From: Geosiphon pyriformis uo1
Lineage: Eukaryota > Fungi > Glomeromycota
Reading direction: 5' to 3'
Length of the DNA: 64,000 nt
NCBI GenBank assembly: GCA_016748015.1
Contig: JAAOMT010000193.1
Span: 222,205 to 286,204 of the forward strand
Part shown: piece by piece, positions 12,272 through 25,160 of the stretch
Numbering within the stretch: the first letter of the stretch is position 1
Layout: every line of letters begins with the position of its first letter
Made by a program: the position numbers and the translations under genes
Notes under the pieces: generated by a model
Seen by the model: only the letters and a program-made list of their open reading frames with translations
Database searches by the model: none
Told to the model about the DNA's origin: nothing

Positions 12272-12950
12272 TAATATTGAGCTTTATCAAGATCTTTTAA
12301 TTTTAATTCTCTATTTTTGAGTATTTTTTGAACTTTTTTTCCAAGAATTACTTATGTTATTTTGTTTTATAATTCTTCAAATTGGGCATTGATTATTTTT
12401 TCCATTTGGTTAATGGTAATAGAATTCATTGTTGAATTGAATAAAATTTCTAGTTGGTCTTAAAATTCGACTTGTAATTAATAGATAGCTCATACTTGTA
12501 TGGTTAAATTGTTCTTTTCCATAAATTGTTTAAGTTGTTGTAATATTTCTAAGTTGAATAATCACTTTGTTTTATTCATATATAAGTTTTGGATATTCAG
12601 ATGTTGTCTCAAGTGGAAATAACAAAAGTTTCTTAGAAAGTTTTGTATTTACCACTTCTAAGTTTCTTTGATCAATTTTTAATATAGAATAACACTTATT
12701 GGTTCTTTTATTGCCAATTTTACTTTTAGAATTATTTTGTCGATGGTGTTTTTTGGTTTCCTGTGTACTTTGTATTGGAGTATTTTTCTGGTATCTCTGT
12801 ATTGAATAATTAATAGTAATTTCTATATTCTGTTGTTAAATTAATTGAAAAAGTTGTTGTGCTAATAAGTGAATCTTGTTAGTAATTTCTATTTTTCTGA
12901 TATCTTCTATCATGTCTACTATGTTTTTATATATTCTTTTGGTTAATCAA
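12272..12950 (-). pseudogene. Accessory 3' ORF (ORF3) of element B
   Basis: IHLLAQQLFQ...HLRQHLNIQNLYMNK...SITINQMEKIINAQFEEL...DKAQY* aligns with ORF3 of element A. Confidence 0.7.
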
Positions 12951-14938
12951 TTTGATGTGTTTGTGTCAATAATAATGATTGGTTCTAGATCTCATGGAAT
13001 CTCATCTGGTTGAACTAGCATTTTCTGTACTCCCAATTGTAAAATATTACTAATAAATGATAATGCTATATTGTGATATGATTTCAGTTAATCTCTATGT
13101 GCTGCTTTGGTTAAAATTTTGTTATTCAACCTTAATTTATAAGCTCTATTTTCTAAAATTTTTTCTATGTGAAATGGTTTATCCCATTTGGGATCAAATT
13201 TTCTATTCCATTGTTTTTCTTGTGACTTTTAAATATTATCAGCTATTCTTTACCATTTGTTTTCTAGTGTTTCCATTAAGTCATATGTTTTTCTCAACAA
13301 TGGTTCTTGAAAATTGTCTTTTGTTATTGGTTCAGTTAGATATGTGTTGACTTTTATCTTTATTGGTAATATTGCTGTTTTATCATATATTAATTTAAAT
13401 AGTGTTGCTTATATAGTGTCTTGTTTTATTGTCCGATAAGCAAATAATTTGATGATATAAATAAATCCCATTTGTCTTAATTTTCTTGGCTGATTTTGAC
13501 AATTGCTTCACACAATGTTCTGTTAAACCTTTCAACTAACTTATTTGTTTGTGGATAATATGGTGATGATAATGGTTTTTTGATTCCAAATCTTTGACTT
13601 AATTCTGCTAGTGTTCTGTTTACAAAGTGAGTTTTTTGATCTGATAGTAGTTCTTTTGGACATCTATGTTGACAAATTAGATCTTGATAAACAAATTTGT
13701 CAACAGATTCTGCATCTGTTCTTTGAATGGCTTTTGCTTCTGGCTATTTAGTAAGGTAATTCATAGCTACTGTGATATATCTGTTTTCTCTGCTGGTTAT
13801 TGTTAATGAACCAACTAAGTTAATTCTAATATAATCAAATAGTTGTTCTATTTTGATTGGTCTGAATGGTTTCCTGGGTCTAATTCCTTTTTTTCTCTGA
13901 CAAGCATCACAATTTTGAACATATTAGATAATATCTAGATACATTAATGGCCAATAGTATCATTTTTGATTTTTTCTATGGTTGCTTCTTTATGAAAATG
14001 TCTCACTTTTAGATCTGAGTGCATGTTGAACAATATTGTCTTTTTTTTTGGTTCTGTAATTACTCTGGTTGGTTAATTTGAATTTCTTTTGTTTTTCTGG
14101 TAAAGTATATTTTGATGGTTGATAAAATATTTTGATTGTTGTTTTATGTTGTTTTGTTCCTTTTGAGATAATTTTTTCTTGAATTGTTGAGTATTTATAT
14201 AATACTAGAGTTGTTGATATTTTTGTGTGTTCATCTTTTGTTATATTTTTGGATTAAAATGTTCAGATTTGTTTTATTTATGACAAATCATTAGCATTTC
14301 CATTTTTTTTTCTTTTTTTATAGTGTACTATAAAAGTATATAGTGAAAGTGCTATTTTCTATTTCACATGTTGATTGTCTTCAAATTTTTGCTTCTAAAT
14401 TGAAGTTAATCTTTTGTAATCAGTGTGCATCTTAAATTTTAGGCTTAAGTATTTTTTTATTTCATGATAGCCCAATAGATAGCTAAGTATTCTAGTGCTA
14501 GTATTCCATAGTTCTTTTCAGCTGAACTTAAATTTTGGTTGGTATATACTACTGGGTGTTTTCTTCTATTTGGTTCTTTTTGTGATAATACTGCTCTTAA
14601 TGCTTAACTAAATGCATTGGTAGTAATAATGAATAACTTGTTGTGATTTGAATAGATCAATACTGGTGCTTGGATAAGTTTTTTTCTTAAAGTGTTGAAA
14701 GTTTCTTGTTGTTTTTTAGTCCATTCATATTTTATATTCTTGGCTTGAAGCTGGTAGAGTGGTTAAGCCAGTTTGGAAAAGTTTTGGATAAAGCAGCAGT
14801 AATATTTAGCAAGTTCTAAAAATGCTTGTAGTTCTGTTAAATTTGTTGGTACTGAAAAGTTTTTGACAATTTCAATCTTGTCTGGATTTGTCTTAATGCT
14901 ATCTTTGCTTACAACATGTCCTAAAATTTCAATTCTAT

Positions 14939-15581
14939 TGTTATGGGTTAAAGTAACAAGCTAACAGATAACAAAAGAGAACAGGATTGTAGGGTGATAA
15001 AAGGAATCAAAGAGAATTCAACTTCAAAGAATGAATTGAATGAGTAAAGATTCAATATGTGAGATTAGTCTTATAAAATATCTCAGTTACTATACTTTTC
15101 AAAAAGGTAACTGGAGAATTTGAAGGTAGAAAGATAGTCCATACTGTCAATAAATAATTACACACTGGTATAATTCTATGTTTCACATTGGTGCTCTTAG
15201 AATTCAATATCAGATATTAGATATACTCTTCAGTTACATTTTATTTAATAATTTTTAAATACTGCAATTATATGTTTCAGAAAAAAAGTAGAAAATAACC
15301 AACAAGTAATCTTTTATCCCAAGATATTCAGATACTTGAAAGTAAAGAAAGGAAAATTAGTGATAAGAGAATAATTAAGATGAAAATTGTTATTTTATTT
15401 TATTTTTTCTTTGATTTTTACATGTTTTTTTACAGCTAAAAAATTTATTGCTTATATAGCTATCAAAAGTGGTCAATGATTAGGTTAATGATTACTATTT
15501 AAAAATAGAGTGGCTAATTATATGACATTAGTGGCTAATACATGTGATAATTAATAAAAAATATAGATTTCAACCATAATA
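14939..15581 (-). repeat. 3' LTR of element C
   Basis: Direct repeat of 22910-23525. A purine tract AGAAAGAATAA immediately precedes it on the minus strand. Confidence 0.92.
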
Positions 15582-15584
15582 TTA

Positions 15585-16206
15585 TTCTTTCTAAAGAGAT
15601 TAAGCTCTGGTAAAATCAAGCTATTTATAGTGTAATCTATTTAAAAAGTTTTATCTAACTCAAAGCTAATTAGTTTGTTGAAGTCTTTTGTAGATAAAGT
15701 ATATAATACTTAAGATAAAATAAGTTTTGTATTCAAGAGACCAAATTTTTGTATTAAAGTTTTGGTTTTTTTAGCAATAGTTAAAACTCTTAGAACATCT
15801 AACTATATAATGCCTAAAATTTCTGCTTGTATCTCTGAAGTTGTTTTTTTATGAGTTTCATATCCTTTATGATTTTTCCAAGGTGACTATAGAATTCTAA
15901 TTGTCTTTCATATGACAAGTTTTTGTCTATGAATAAAATTTTTTGGAGTGTTTTTCCAATTGTGTTAAAAGGTGGAATTATAGCTGCTGTTATACTTTTT
16001 AACAGATATTTATCTATTTTGCTACCAATTTTTTCTCTTTTGGTAGTGGTTTTTTTTGGTCTAATAACAATATGTGTTCTATTGTTATCAGTTATGGTGG
16101 TTTGTTTTCCAATAATCAGAGTAGCATTTGGATAGTTTTTGATCCAATACTCATGGAAAGTATAGAAAGTGTTTTGAATGTTTTGATCCAGAAAATAATT
16201 ATTCAT
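15585..16206 (-). pseudogene. Accessory 3' ORF (ORF3) of element C
   Basis: 130-aa open frame from ATG 16206 (MNNYFLDQ...LEFYSHLGKII), continuing through frameshifts to the PPT. Confidence 0.65.
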
Positions 16207-19200
16207 GTTGATTTAAAGATATCTCTGTTTTGGAAATGATGCATTTGTTTATACTTGATTTTTGCTGATTATTTGGATCAGTATTACTACAACAAACAAC
16301 CAATTAGATCGTTTATAATATTTTTTGAGTCGTGTATTATGAACAGGATAATTATTAAAGATTGTTCCAGATTGAGCTTAAAGAATATATAAGAACCATT
16401 GTTCAAAACTTTGTTGACTAAAAAGGGTTTTTTTTACTGGTTAGAGAATTTATTACCATAAACATTGTCTCTGTCTGAATGGTATTTCAATACCAAATCA
16501 TTAACACTTAAAGACAGTGTTTTATAGGTTTTTTTTTTCTTTTTCTTAAGCTTTTCTTGAAACTGTTTTATCTTTTCAAAAGCAATTATTTGTGCTTCTA
16601 CTAAGAAGTCAAGAATGATACCAAGTTTTCTTTGCAAAATATTCTTGTAATTTCCTATTGTAATTTCTTTAAAGGGTATTATCTCAATGTTAATTTCTAT
16701 TAGTAGTATTGTCATGTGTTCATAAAACAGATAAAAAGATTCATAACTTGTTATATCAAGATTCACAGTTTTATAAGCAAACAAAGCTAAAAGCAGTATT
16801 TTGTTCTATAAGTTTGTTTCTTCATTGGTTTTGGCTAAGGTTTCACATAATGTTTTATTAAAACATTCCACTAGGTTATTTGTTTGAAGGTAATAGAGAG
16901 AGAAAAGTTTGTGACATATTCTCATTTTTCTGCAAAGTTCTTCAACCAGTGTACTGAGAAAAGCTTTTTCTTTATCAGATAAAAGTTTCTTGGAACAGCC
17001 ATAACAGTAGATGATATCTTTATAAATGAAATTGGCTATTGAGACTGCTGTTTGATCTGAGGTGACTTTTGCTTCTACTCACTTTGTAAGATAGTTAGTA
17101 GCTGTAATAATGTATTTGTTACTATCAAGAGTTATTGTTAAAAGTCCAACAACATCTATACTAATTCTGTTAAATAATTGACCAACAAAAATTGAATGGA
17201 TATCTTCTTTGTGATTAGGTTTGTCTTTTCTTTGGCAGATGTTATAGGTTTTAATGTATTCAACAATGTTTTTTCCTAAGATAGGCCAATAATAGTAAGC
17301 TAAGATTTTTTAAATTGTTTTGTTTTTCCAAAGCGTCTAGCTAATGAATTAGTATACATGTTGTATATTACAATTTCTCTTTTTTTAAATCTGGTAACTC
17401 TTTGGGGACAGTCAGGATCTTTTTTGTTTTTTTTATATAATTGGTTCTGGCAGATTAAATAGAAATTTGATTGTTTGCACAAATGTTTTCTTTGCTATCA
17501 AGTGTATTCTAGTGGATATTGTCCTTTACCCAAAAATTTTATTAAGGCAGAGTAGTTGTTCAAGTCCATTATTGTGTTTGTTAAAAGAAGAGTTATTAAT
17601 AATTAAGTTGGTTTGGTTTGAGAAACTTGTACTGTTACTGAATGATAAGTCTAAAAAAAGTGTTAGTATTTTGATGATTTGCTCTTTTGTAGTGTTAAAT
17701 ATTATAGTTGAATTCATCCAAGTGGAGTATTTAGCAAGTTATTCATTTGTGTTCCAGCTTTTTTTTATTGTGTAGCCAAACCAAGACTTGATGATCTGTT
17801 ACTACTAAGAATTTTGCATCAAAAAGATATTGATCCTAGTAACTAGTAGTCCAAACTACTGCTAAACATTCTTGTTCAGTAACTAAATAGTTCTTTTCTG
17901 TTAATATGAGGGATTTACTGGTATATGCTATGGCATGTTTTCTGCCATTTTTATCTTTCTGTAAAAAGACAACACCAAGTTTATAGCCAAATGTATTAGT
18001 GTGGAGAATAAAAGGTTGGTCCAGATTAAGTTGCTTAAGGATTGGTTTAATAACAAGTTTTTCTTTTAGAATTTCAAAAGCTTTTTGTTAATAAGTGTTT
18101 CAATAGTAATTAACATTTTTTCTGAGTAGCTGAGTGAAAGGAAAGACAATTTTGGAAAAATCTTTGATAAATTTGCAATAGTAAGAAGCTAAACCAAGAA
18201 AAAAGCATAGTTCAGAAACATTTATTAATTGTCTAATGTTCTGAACTTTTTCAACCTTAGCTAGATTAGGGAAGATTTTATTTTTTATAATAAGATAACC
18301 AAGGAACTGGGTGGATTAACATCCAAAGAAAGATTTGATTGGATTAATCTTGAGACCAGCATTTTTGAACAGGTCAAAAACTTTTTGTAAGTGTTTAAGA
18401 TGTTCATCTCAGGTTTTTAAGTATACCATTATGTCATCTAAGTAGACCAGAACAAAGTTTTTTTTTACTGATTTAAATACTTTGTCTATTAAGCATTAAA
18501 AAGTAGAAGGGTCATTAATAAGACCAAAAAGCATAACTGTGAATTTATAAGTGCCATACTTGGTAATAAAAGCAGTTTTCTTTCTGCTTTCTAGATCTAT
18601 CTCTATTTGTCAGAATCTAGCAGTTAAGTCAATGGTTGAAAAGAAAGCAGCACTATTGAATTTATCTAGCATTGTATTAATTTTAGAAAGTGAATATATG
18701 TTTCTTATAATGATGGCATTTAATTGGTGATAATTAACATAGAAGCATAGGATTCCACTTTTCTTGAATACTATTACAACTAAAAAAGCTTATTCATTCT
18801 TGGTTTCTTGTATAAATCTAAGATCTTTTATCCAGTTTATTTCTTTCTTGATGAACTCATCATTGTGTTAATTGGATTGATAAGGCTTCAAATAAATATG
18901 ATGAGTTTTTTTTGTGGTAATTGTATGTTGTATCATATGAATTTATTTAGGGGTATCACTTTCTTTTGAAATAACTGGACTATTTTTAGCCAACAGTTTT
19001 TAATGTCCACTTTTTTTTTTTCAGAGGAAGGTTCTCTTTGTTCTACAACTAGTAATTGGATTTTAAGTGGTTTATTCTTAAAAGACTTTTGTACTTCTTT
19101 TAGTTCTTTTCTGAGTATCAAACTAATTGGCTCCCAATTTTTGTAATAGATCAAACAGAAATTGCATTCGTCACTAGAAGAATAGAAAAGTTTATTGCAC

Positions 19201-20979
19201 CAGTACCTGGCACAAAAGCTATATCACCAATAACTGTATTTTGCTTTCTTATCAAGTTTTCTATTAAAGATTCTTTTGAAAATATTATAGTAGAGCCAGC
19301 AAATTAGCTTGCCATTTACCATGATTTTTTTTTTGTTAGTTTTAATATTGTTCAATAGCTTGCTATTGCTGGTAAAAATAGTATAGGTGAATTTAGTAGT
19401 TTTTTTTTGTTTTTCTTGATCTTTTTTTTCATTGCTCTCATCATCATCTGATTCATCTGATTGTTCTTCTTCTTGGTTTTGCTTGGATACTGAAAAGATT
19501 GTTCAATAATAGTATTTAACCACAATGGGCTTTTCACTACATTTGATGATTAGTTCACAAAGTTTATAGTCAAATAATGCTTTGGCTTTCTTGAGTTACT
19601 CATTGTCAACAATTATGGTGTACTTTTTTGCTTCAGATACATCCATGTTAGTTTCAATGCTGATACTATTAATGTGAATAGGAACAACTTTGGCTATATT
19701 TAGACCTTTTTTTTTGTCACTATATATATTGATCATTGATTTAGTTGAAGGTTCATCAATCTTTCTGCCAATTGCTTCAAGGAAATGTTTGGCTATAATG
19801 CTAACAGATAATCTACTGTCTAAAATCAGATCAATAAAATAACCAGCTATTTGGACTTTACAAATTAGAGAAGTAACATTGCTGTTGTCAGCAAGTTCAG
19901 CTTGGCAAAAGTGCTTGTTGGTTTTTGGAGTCTTCTTCTTTAAGATCAATGATTTGTGAAAATTTTTTTTAAACTATGAATGGGTTATTAACTGGCCAAA
20001 AGTAATATGTGTTGGAGTTTCTATAAGATCTTTCACAACAGAATAAGATCCAGATTTTTGTACAATTTCTGGGGATTCTAATTTTAGAGAATTCTTAAAA
20101 ACTTTAGCCTTTAATAGCTTATTGTTATTAGCAATAGAACTTAAGGCTTTGTTAAGATCTAGAATAAAATCAATTTTGGCTTTTTTCTTCTTTTTTGTTG
20201 AATCAGAAGTGTTGATTGCCAGTTTATCCATATTATGGTCATCATCAATTAGATTAAAGATGTAAAAGGGGTTTTTTTCTGGTTGGCTTGTACTTTTACT
20301 CTTTAAAGGTGCACCTACTAGTTTAAAAACTAATAAACAGTAGCTTTAACTAGAGAATTTTCTTTAAAAAAATTGATGTTGGCATGATTGGATCTTTGAT
20401 TAAGAATATTGTTGTTAATAGTTCTGTTGTTTTGATTATTATTGTTTCTAAGAGCTAGAGATGGCAAAAGAGAATTGTTGCAATCTCTTGAAAAATGTCC
20501 AGTTAATCTATAGTGGTAGCACACAGGTGTGCTATGATTTTGTTGTCTTTAGTAAGAGGGCTGTTGAGGCTGATTAAAATGTGGTTCAAATTTAAGTCTC
20601 TGTAGTTGTTGGTTGTCTCTGATTGCTTGGGCTAAAGATTTTAATAACCAAGCAAAATTTGCTGTAAATTTATCTATCAACTGTTTATTTGGGTTTTGAA
20701 TTTGGGTGGCAAAAAAAGTAGCAGCAATTTGTGAAGCAGGAGCCATAACAGGAGCAGAAGCAAAAACTAAAAGAGTAGATCCCAGATGCATCCTTTGGTT
20801 ATCTTCTATTCTCTGGGCAAGTTTAATAGCCATATTCATTATGGAATTATTTTTTAAGACCAGGAGGGACCAAAGAGCATATAACAGATCTGTTCTTAAT
20901 TTTTTTGTAAAGAAATGAATTTATTGCTCTTCTGTCCAGTTTCTTTCAGAGTTTACTCTTTTAATTAACTTTTTAATGG

Positions 20980-21964
20980 TGTTATGGGTAATCTGAGTAA
21001 GGTATGGTGGTAACATTTGGTGCTCTAGTTTTTGGTTATCTTTCAAGGTTGTCTGCTTTTTTTGCCATGTTAGTGTTATTAGTCTCTGAAGGTCTATTCC
21101 TAGATGTAAATTTACTTATTGAGTTCTTTGGTTATAAGGCACAGAGTTTGTTTTTCATCGATTACAACATTTTCTATAAATATAAGCTTTCTTCTTCACA
21201 CTAATGAGCACAGTTGTTAGGGTCTGGTGTTGTTTTTTCACTCTTCTGGTAAGCTACCAAGATAATGTTAATATCCAAAACTTAGGGGGAGCTTTTCTCT
21301 TTTATCAAGCTATCATGAAGTCTATTCCAAGACAGTTAATTTTCTTATGTTGCTGTTCCAAATAAGAAGAAAAAAAAGAAATAAAGAAAGAAAAAGAAAA
21401 GAAAATAAAGAAAGAAAAGAAAAAAAAAGAATTAGTTCCCATCAATCACTATAATCAAGAGTAATTGGTCCAAATTGTTAAGAGTTTAAGGCATTTATGC
21501 TAGTGGCATCTGTTCTGAAACACAGATAAAAAATACTGATTTTAATTTCAATTTAATTCATATGATTGGAGAACATGAATTGGTAAATTGGATTTTGTTT
21601 TAATAATTATTGTATTTTGGACTATAGATATATGATAAATATAATACAAAGTAAAATTTATTACTAACTACTTGTCTTTTCAACTTCTACAATTACTTGC
21701 TTTTATATATTTTTTTGGTTCTACAGAATTGCTTTCAATTGCTTCACTATTGCTAGCTATTGCTTGTTATTGCTAGCTATTGCTTGTGTTTATTAGTTAT
21801 TGCTCACGTTTGTTAGCTATTGTTCATGTTTGTTAGCTATTGCTTATATTTGTTAGCTATTGCTCATATTTGTTCTGTGTTACCTCACATTATACCATAT
21901 TTTTCTTGTCATGTTTTTTTGTTATGTTTTTCCATAGCTTTTTGGTTTTTCTACTTGAGTAACA
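20980..21964 (-). mobile_element. Solo LTR (985 bp) inserted in gag of element C
   Basis: TGTTACTCA...CATAACA on the minus strand with a perfect TSD ATGG (20976-79 / 21965-68). Removing it restores YAKTIKKLIKRV. Contains ~20-bp tandem repeats at about 21745-21872. Confidence 0.93.
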
Positions 21965-22909
21965 ATGGTTTTGGCATATTCAGTTACCACTTTACCAAGA
22001 CCTTGAGTTCTTTTTTCTAGTTTTATGTATCATTTAAAGATTAAAATTGGAGTTCTAAATTTAGTTTCAAACCAGATTGTAAAAGAGGTGTTTTTTTTTT
22101 TAACATTTGTTGGTGCCCATTTAATGATTCTTTGGTAAGTATTAGCATTAGTTTTTTGTAAGAACCAAGTAGTAGAAAAGTCTTGAAAATAGCCACCAAC
22201 AATTTGGAACTTGTATTTATTATAATATTGGTTGGCTGTAGCAGCTCTTTCAAAGTTATCTAACCATTCAATTAGATCTTATGCATCATCTCTAAATAAA
22301 GGTAGTGGGATGTTATTTCTTTGCTTTAAAGCAGTTTGTATGCCCTGAATGACGATTAGAATATTTTGTTACATGGAGTTATTAGCCATTGGTTTAAGAA
22401 TAGCTGTTTGTGTGGAATGTTCTGATTCACTTGAAAAGATATTAAAAACAAAAGCAGTTTGATAGCTTTTTTCTTTTGTTTCAAGAGAAGTCTTGACTAA
22501 TTGATGGGCAGCAATTTAGATGTGAATTTGATGATTCAAATATTCAAAATTAAGAGGCTGTTGTTCAAAGATTGTTGAGTATAAAAGTTGATTGATGCTA
22601 TTGTTTCTTTTTTTAAAGTTGTTTTCAAAATAAGCTTGATCAAAGTAATAGGTCGTATAAGCTATATAAATTTTAGTTGAATGCTCATTTAAGAACCAGT
22701 TTCAAAAGTCTTAAAATTGTTAGCTGAATTGTTTTTCAATAGAAAAGCAAATTAAGTAAGAGGACAAAAGATATAGTTCAATAAAGTCTAGATCATTTTT
22801 GTTGTGTGCTTCAAAGTATTTTTCTGATTGTTGTGGCAGATATAAATAATCATTCATACAATAAGAAACAAAGTAGATTTTGACAACCTCACAAAGAGCA
22901 CCACTTTTA

Positions 22910-23525
22910 TGTTACAGGTTGGAATAACAAGTTAATAGATAGCAAGGAAAAACAGAATTGTAGGATGATAAAAAAAATCAAAGGGAATTTAACTTCAAAG
23001 AGTGAATTAAATGAGTATGGATTCAATATGTAAGATCAGTCTTATAAAATATCTCAGTCACTATACTTTTCAAAAAATAATTGAAAAATTTGAAAATAGA
23101 TGGATAGTCTGTACTGTAAACAAATAATTACACCTGGTATAATTCTATGTCTCATGTCAGCACTCTTAGAATTCAATATTAGGTATCAGATGTACTCTTC
23201 AGTTATGTTTTATTCAATAATTTTCAAATGCTACAATTACACATTTCAGGAAAAAGATAGAGAATAACCAACAAGTAATTTTTTATCTCAAAATATTCAA
23301 ATACTTAAAGATAGAGAAAGAGAAATTAGTGAGAAGAGAAAGATTGAAATAAAAGTTGTTATTTTATTTCTTTTATTTTTTTGATTCTTACATTTTTTTC
23401 TACAACTAAAAGATTTATTGCTTATATAGCTATTAAAAGTAGTCAATGATCACTTTCTAAAAATAGAATGGCTAATTATATGACATTAGTGGCTAATACA
23501 TGTGATAATTAATAAAAAATATAGA
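22910..23525 (-). repeat. 5' LTR of element C, outer end deleted
   Basis: Matches 14939-15566, then switches abruptly to Kelch exon sequence. Confidence 0.9.
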
Positions 23526-25160
23526 ACATTCAATGATACTTATAAGTAACATGTAAGAAATAGAAATTTATCTGTATAATTTTTTAGAGTTAATAAGAAA
23601 AAAATCAAAAAAGATAAAGAATTGAAAATGGGAATTTCAACATTCTTTCTTATAATTAGGTTATATATGTATGGAGGAAACAAAATCGCAACCAATGGAA
23701 CCGTATTAGAAAACGCAACAACAGAGCTCTGGGCACTTAATATGTCAATACCTTTTTCAGTAGATTCACCATCCTGGAAAAAGCTTAATGAATTTGAATA
23801 TTACCAGAGTGAATTACATTCAGCTAACATAGGTGGTGCCGAATTTAAAGAAATGTTTATTTTCAGTGGTCGTACATCTCAACATCCACCACCTCAGAAT
23901 TCAATGCGTAAATTTGACCTAACATCTGAAACTTGGGGGATCCCAAATTTTTTACTAACACGCAGATTTGGACATTTGGCAGTAATTAGTTTTAATGAGC
24001 CAAAAATTTATTTTTTTGGTGAAGGGGTTGATGAAAAAAATAACACAAAAATACTAAACGATTTGGTGATTTATGATTCTATATTGAATAAATATACGAA
24101 TTTTATAAAAAATAATTCTCTAGCGCCAATATTAAGACATACTGCCACTTTATTAAGTGATGGAAAAATGTATGTTCTTGGTGGAGCCTTTGCTTAAAAC
24201 GTTTATAATTTCTCCAGTATGTCTGACATATATGTATATGATACATTTACTAAAGAATGGGATCGAAAGGTTTTTCATCTGCTTAAAGAAACTTATTCAT
24301 TAATTTGTTTTTTAAAGAGTTCAAGCTAATCCATGAAAATTAATTATGTTTCAAGGTTGCAGTGGGGGATGTACCAGCAGCACGAGGACTGCATACAGCT
24401 ATTAGTAGTAAGTAAAGAGTATTTATTATGGAAACTTCCAAACTTACCAAAATTCGGAAGCTTTTATTGTTGTTAATCTTTTTTTTTAAAATCTAATTAG
24501 CTCCGAATAATACTATCATCATTTTTGGAGGGATGGAAACGAATACAACATGGGCTCCAAACAATTTGATTATCTTAGATACTACTAAAACAAAATTTGT
24601 TTGGAAAATACAAAACACAACTGGAGAACCTCCATCTGTAAGAATTCTGCATACAATGACCATAGTTGGAACAAATATCATTATGGCTTTTAGTTAGTTA
24701 TATTTATATCGCTTGAAATATTATTAAACACATTGAATATTTATTTATTTTGATTATAATTTTTGAATGTGCTAGGTATCAGTGTGAGTATTCAATTTAG
24801 AGCCATTTCTGAATCTAAAATTTTTTCGAATATTAAAATTTTAAATTTTAAAATATAGAAACCATTTATCTAATATCAGCAATTTTGGGTCTTAGACCTG
24901 ATAAATTTTAATTGGACAACAAAATATGAACCTAATGCATTGAAACTCACAAAATATCCCCTGAAATATCAAAACTCATCTGAAATCAAACCCAGCACAG
25001 AATCATCTTCATCTTCATCTTCATCCTCATCTTTATCCTCATTCTCAACAACAATCAATATAACTATTATCATAATATGCGGTGTTTTAATTCTTTTGGT
25101 TTTTGCAATATTGATGCTTAGATATTTCAGAAAACCAAAAAGCCAGGAACTAAATGAAGG
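23526..25160 (+). pseudogene. Kelch / galactose-oxidase beta-propeller protein with Ser-rich stalk and single TM helix; 5'-truncated pseudogene
   Basis: Exons 23526-23552, 23660-24269, 24356-24407, 24501-24692, 24776-24783 and 24859 onward, joined by GT-AG introns in one frame. Repeats HSMILISNMLYMYGG, RHTATLLSDGKMYVLGG, LHTAISTPNNTIIIFGG. In-frame TAA at 24195 and 24871. TM segment ITIIIICGVLILLVFAILML followed by RYFRKPK. Confidence 0.88.

Larger units (their letters stand above)
558..14938 (-). mobile_element. Ty3/gypsy LTR retrotransposon B, 5'-truncated. 3' LTR = 558-809 + 11617-12257, split by element A
   Basis: TGTTAC...TGTAACA termini on the minus strand and PPT AAAAGGAAGAAATAA at 12258-12272. 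Degraded RT end, RNase H and integrase at about 13000-14938 are colinear with element A. The two LTR halves rejoin exactly across the GCAT duplication. Confidence 0.9.
14939..23525 (-). mobile_element. Ty3/gypsy element C, nested in the RT of element B; no dUTPase
   Basis: LTRs at 14939-15581 and 22910-23525 (outer ~15 nt missing). PBS at 22887-22903. Gag capsid (IEWLDNFERAA), knuckle CYHYRLTGHFSRDC at about 20480-20524, protease LILDSRLS, RT LVYLDDIMVY at about 18420-18450, then RNase H and integrase. Confidence 0.93.

Noticed and set aside
21745-21872. ~20-bp repeats as a CRISPR-like array
   Set aside because: Head-to-tail repeats without unique spacers, inside an LTR U3 in a eukaryotic context.
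21266-21889. Possible separate TG...CA LTR nested in gag of element C
   Set aside because: No TSD (ATAA vs TTAT). It is internal to the larger solo LTR 20980-21964, which has a perfect ATGG TSD.
23536-23551. ATACTTATAAGTAACA resembling the terminus of the missing 5' LTR of element B
   Set aside because: It is Kelch coding sequence (ILISN) followed by a GTAAG donor, and the expected TSD ATGA is absent.
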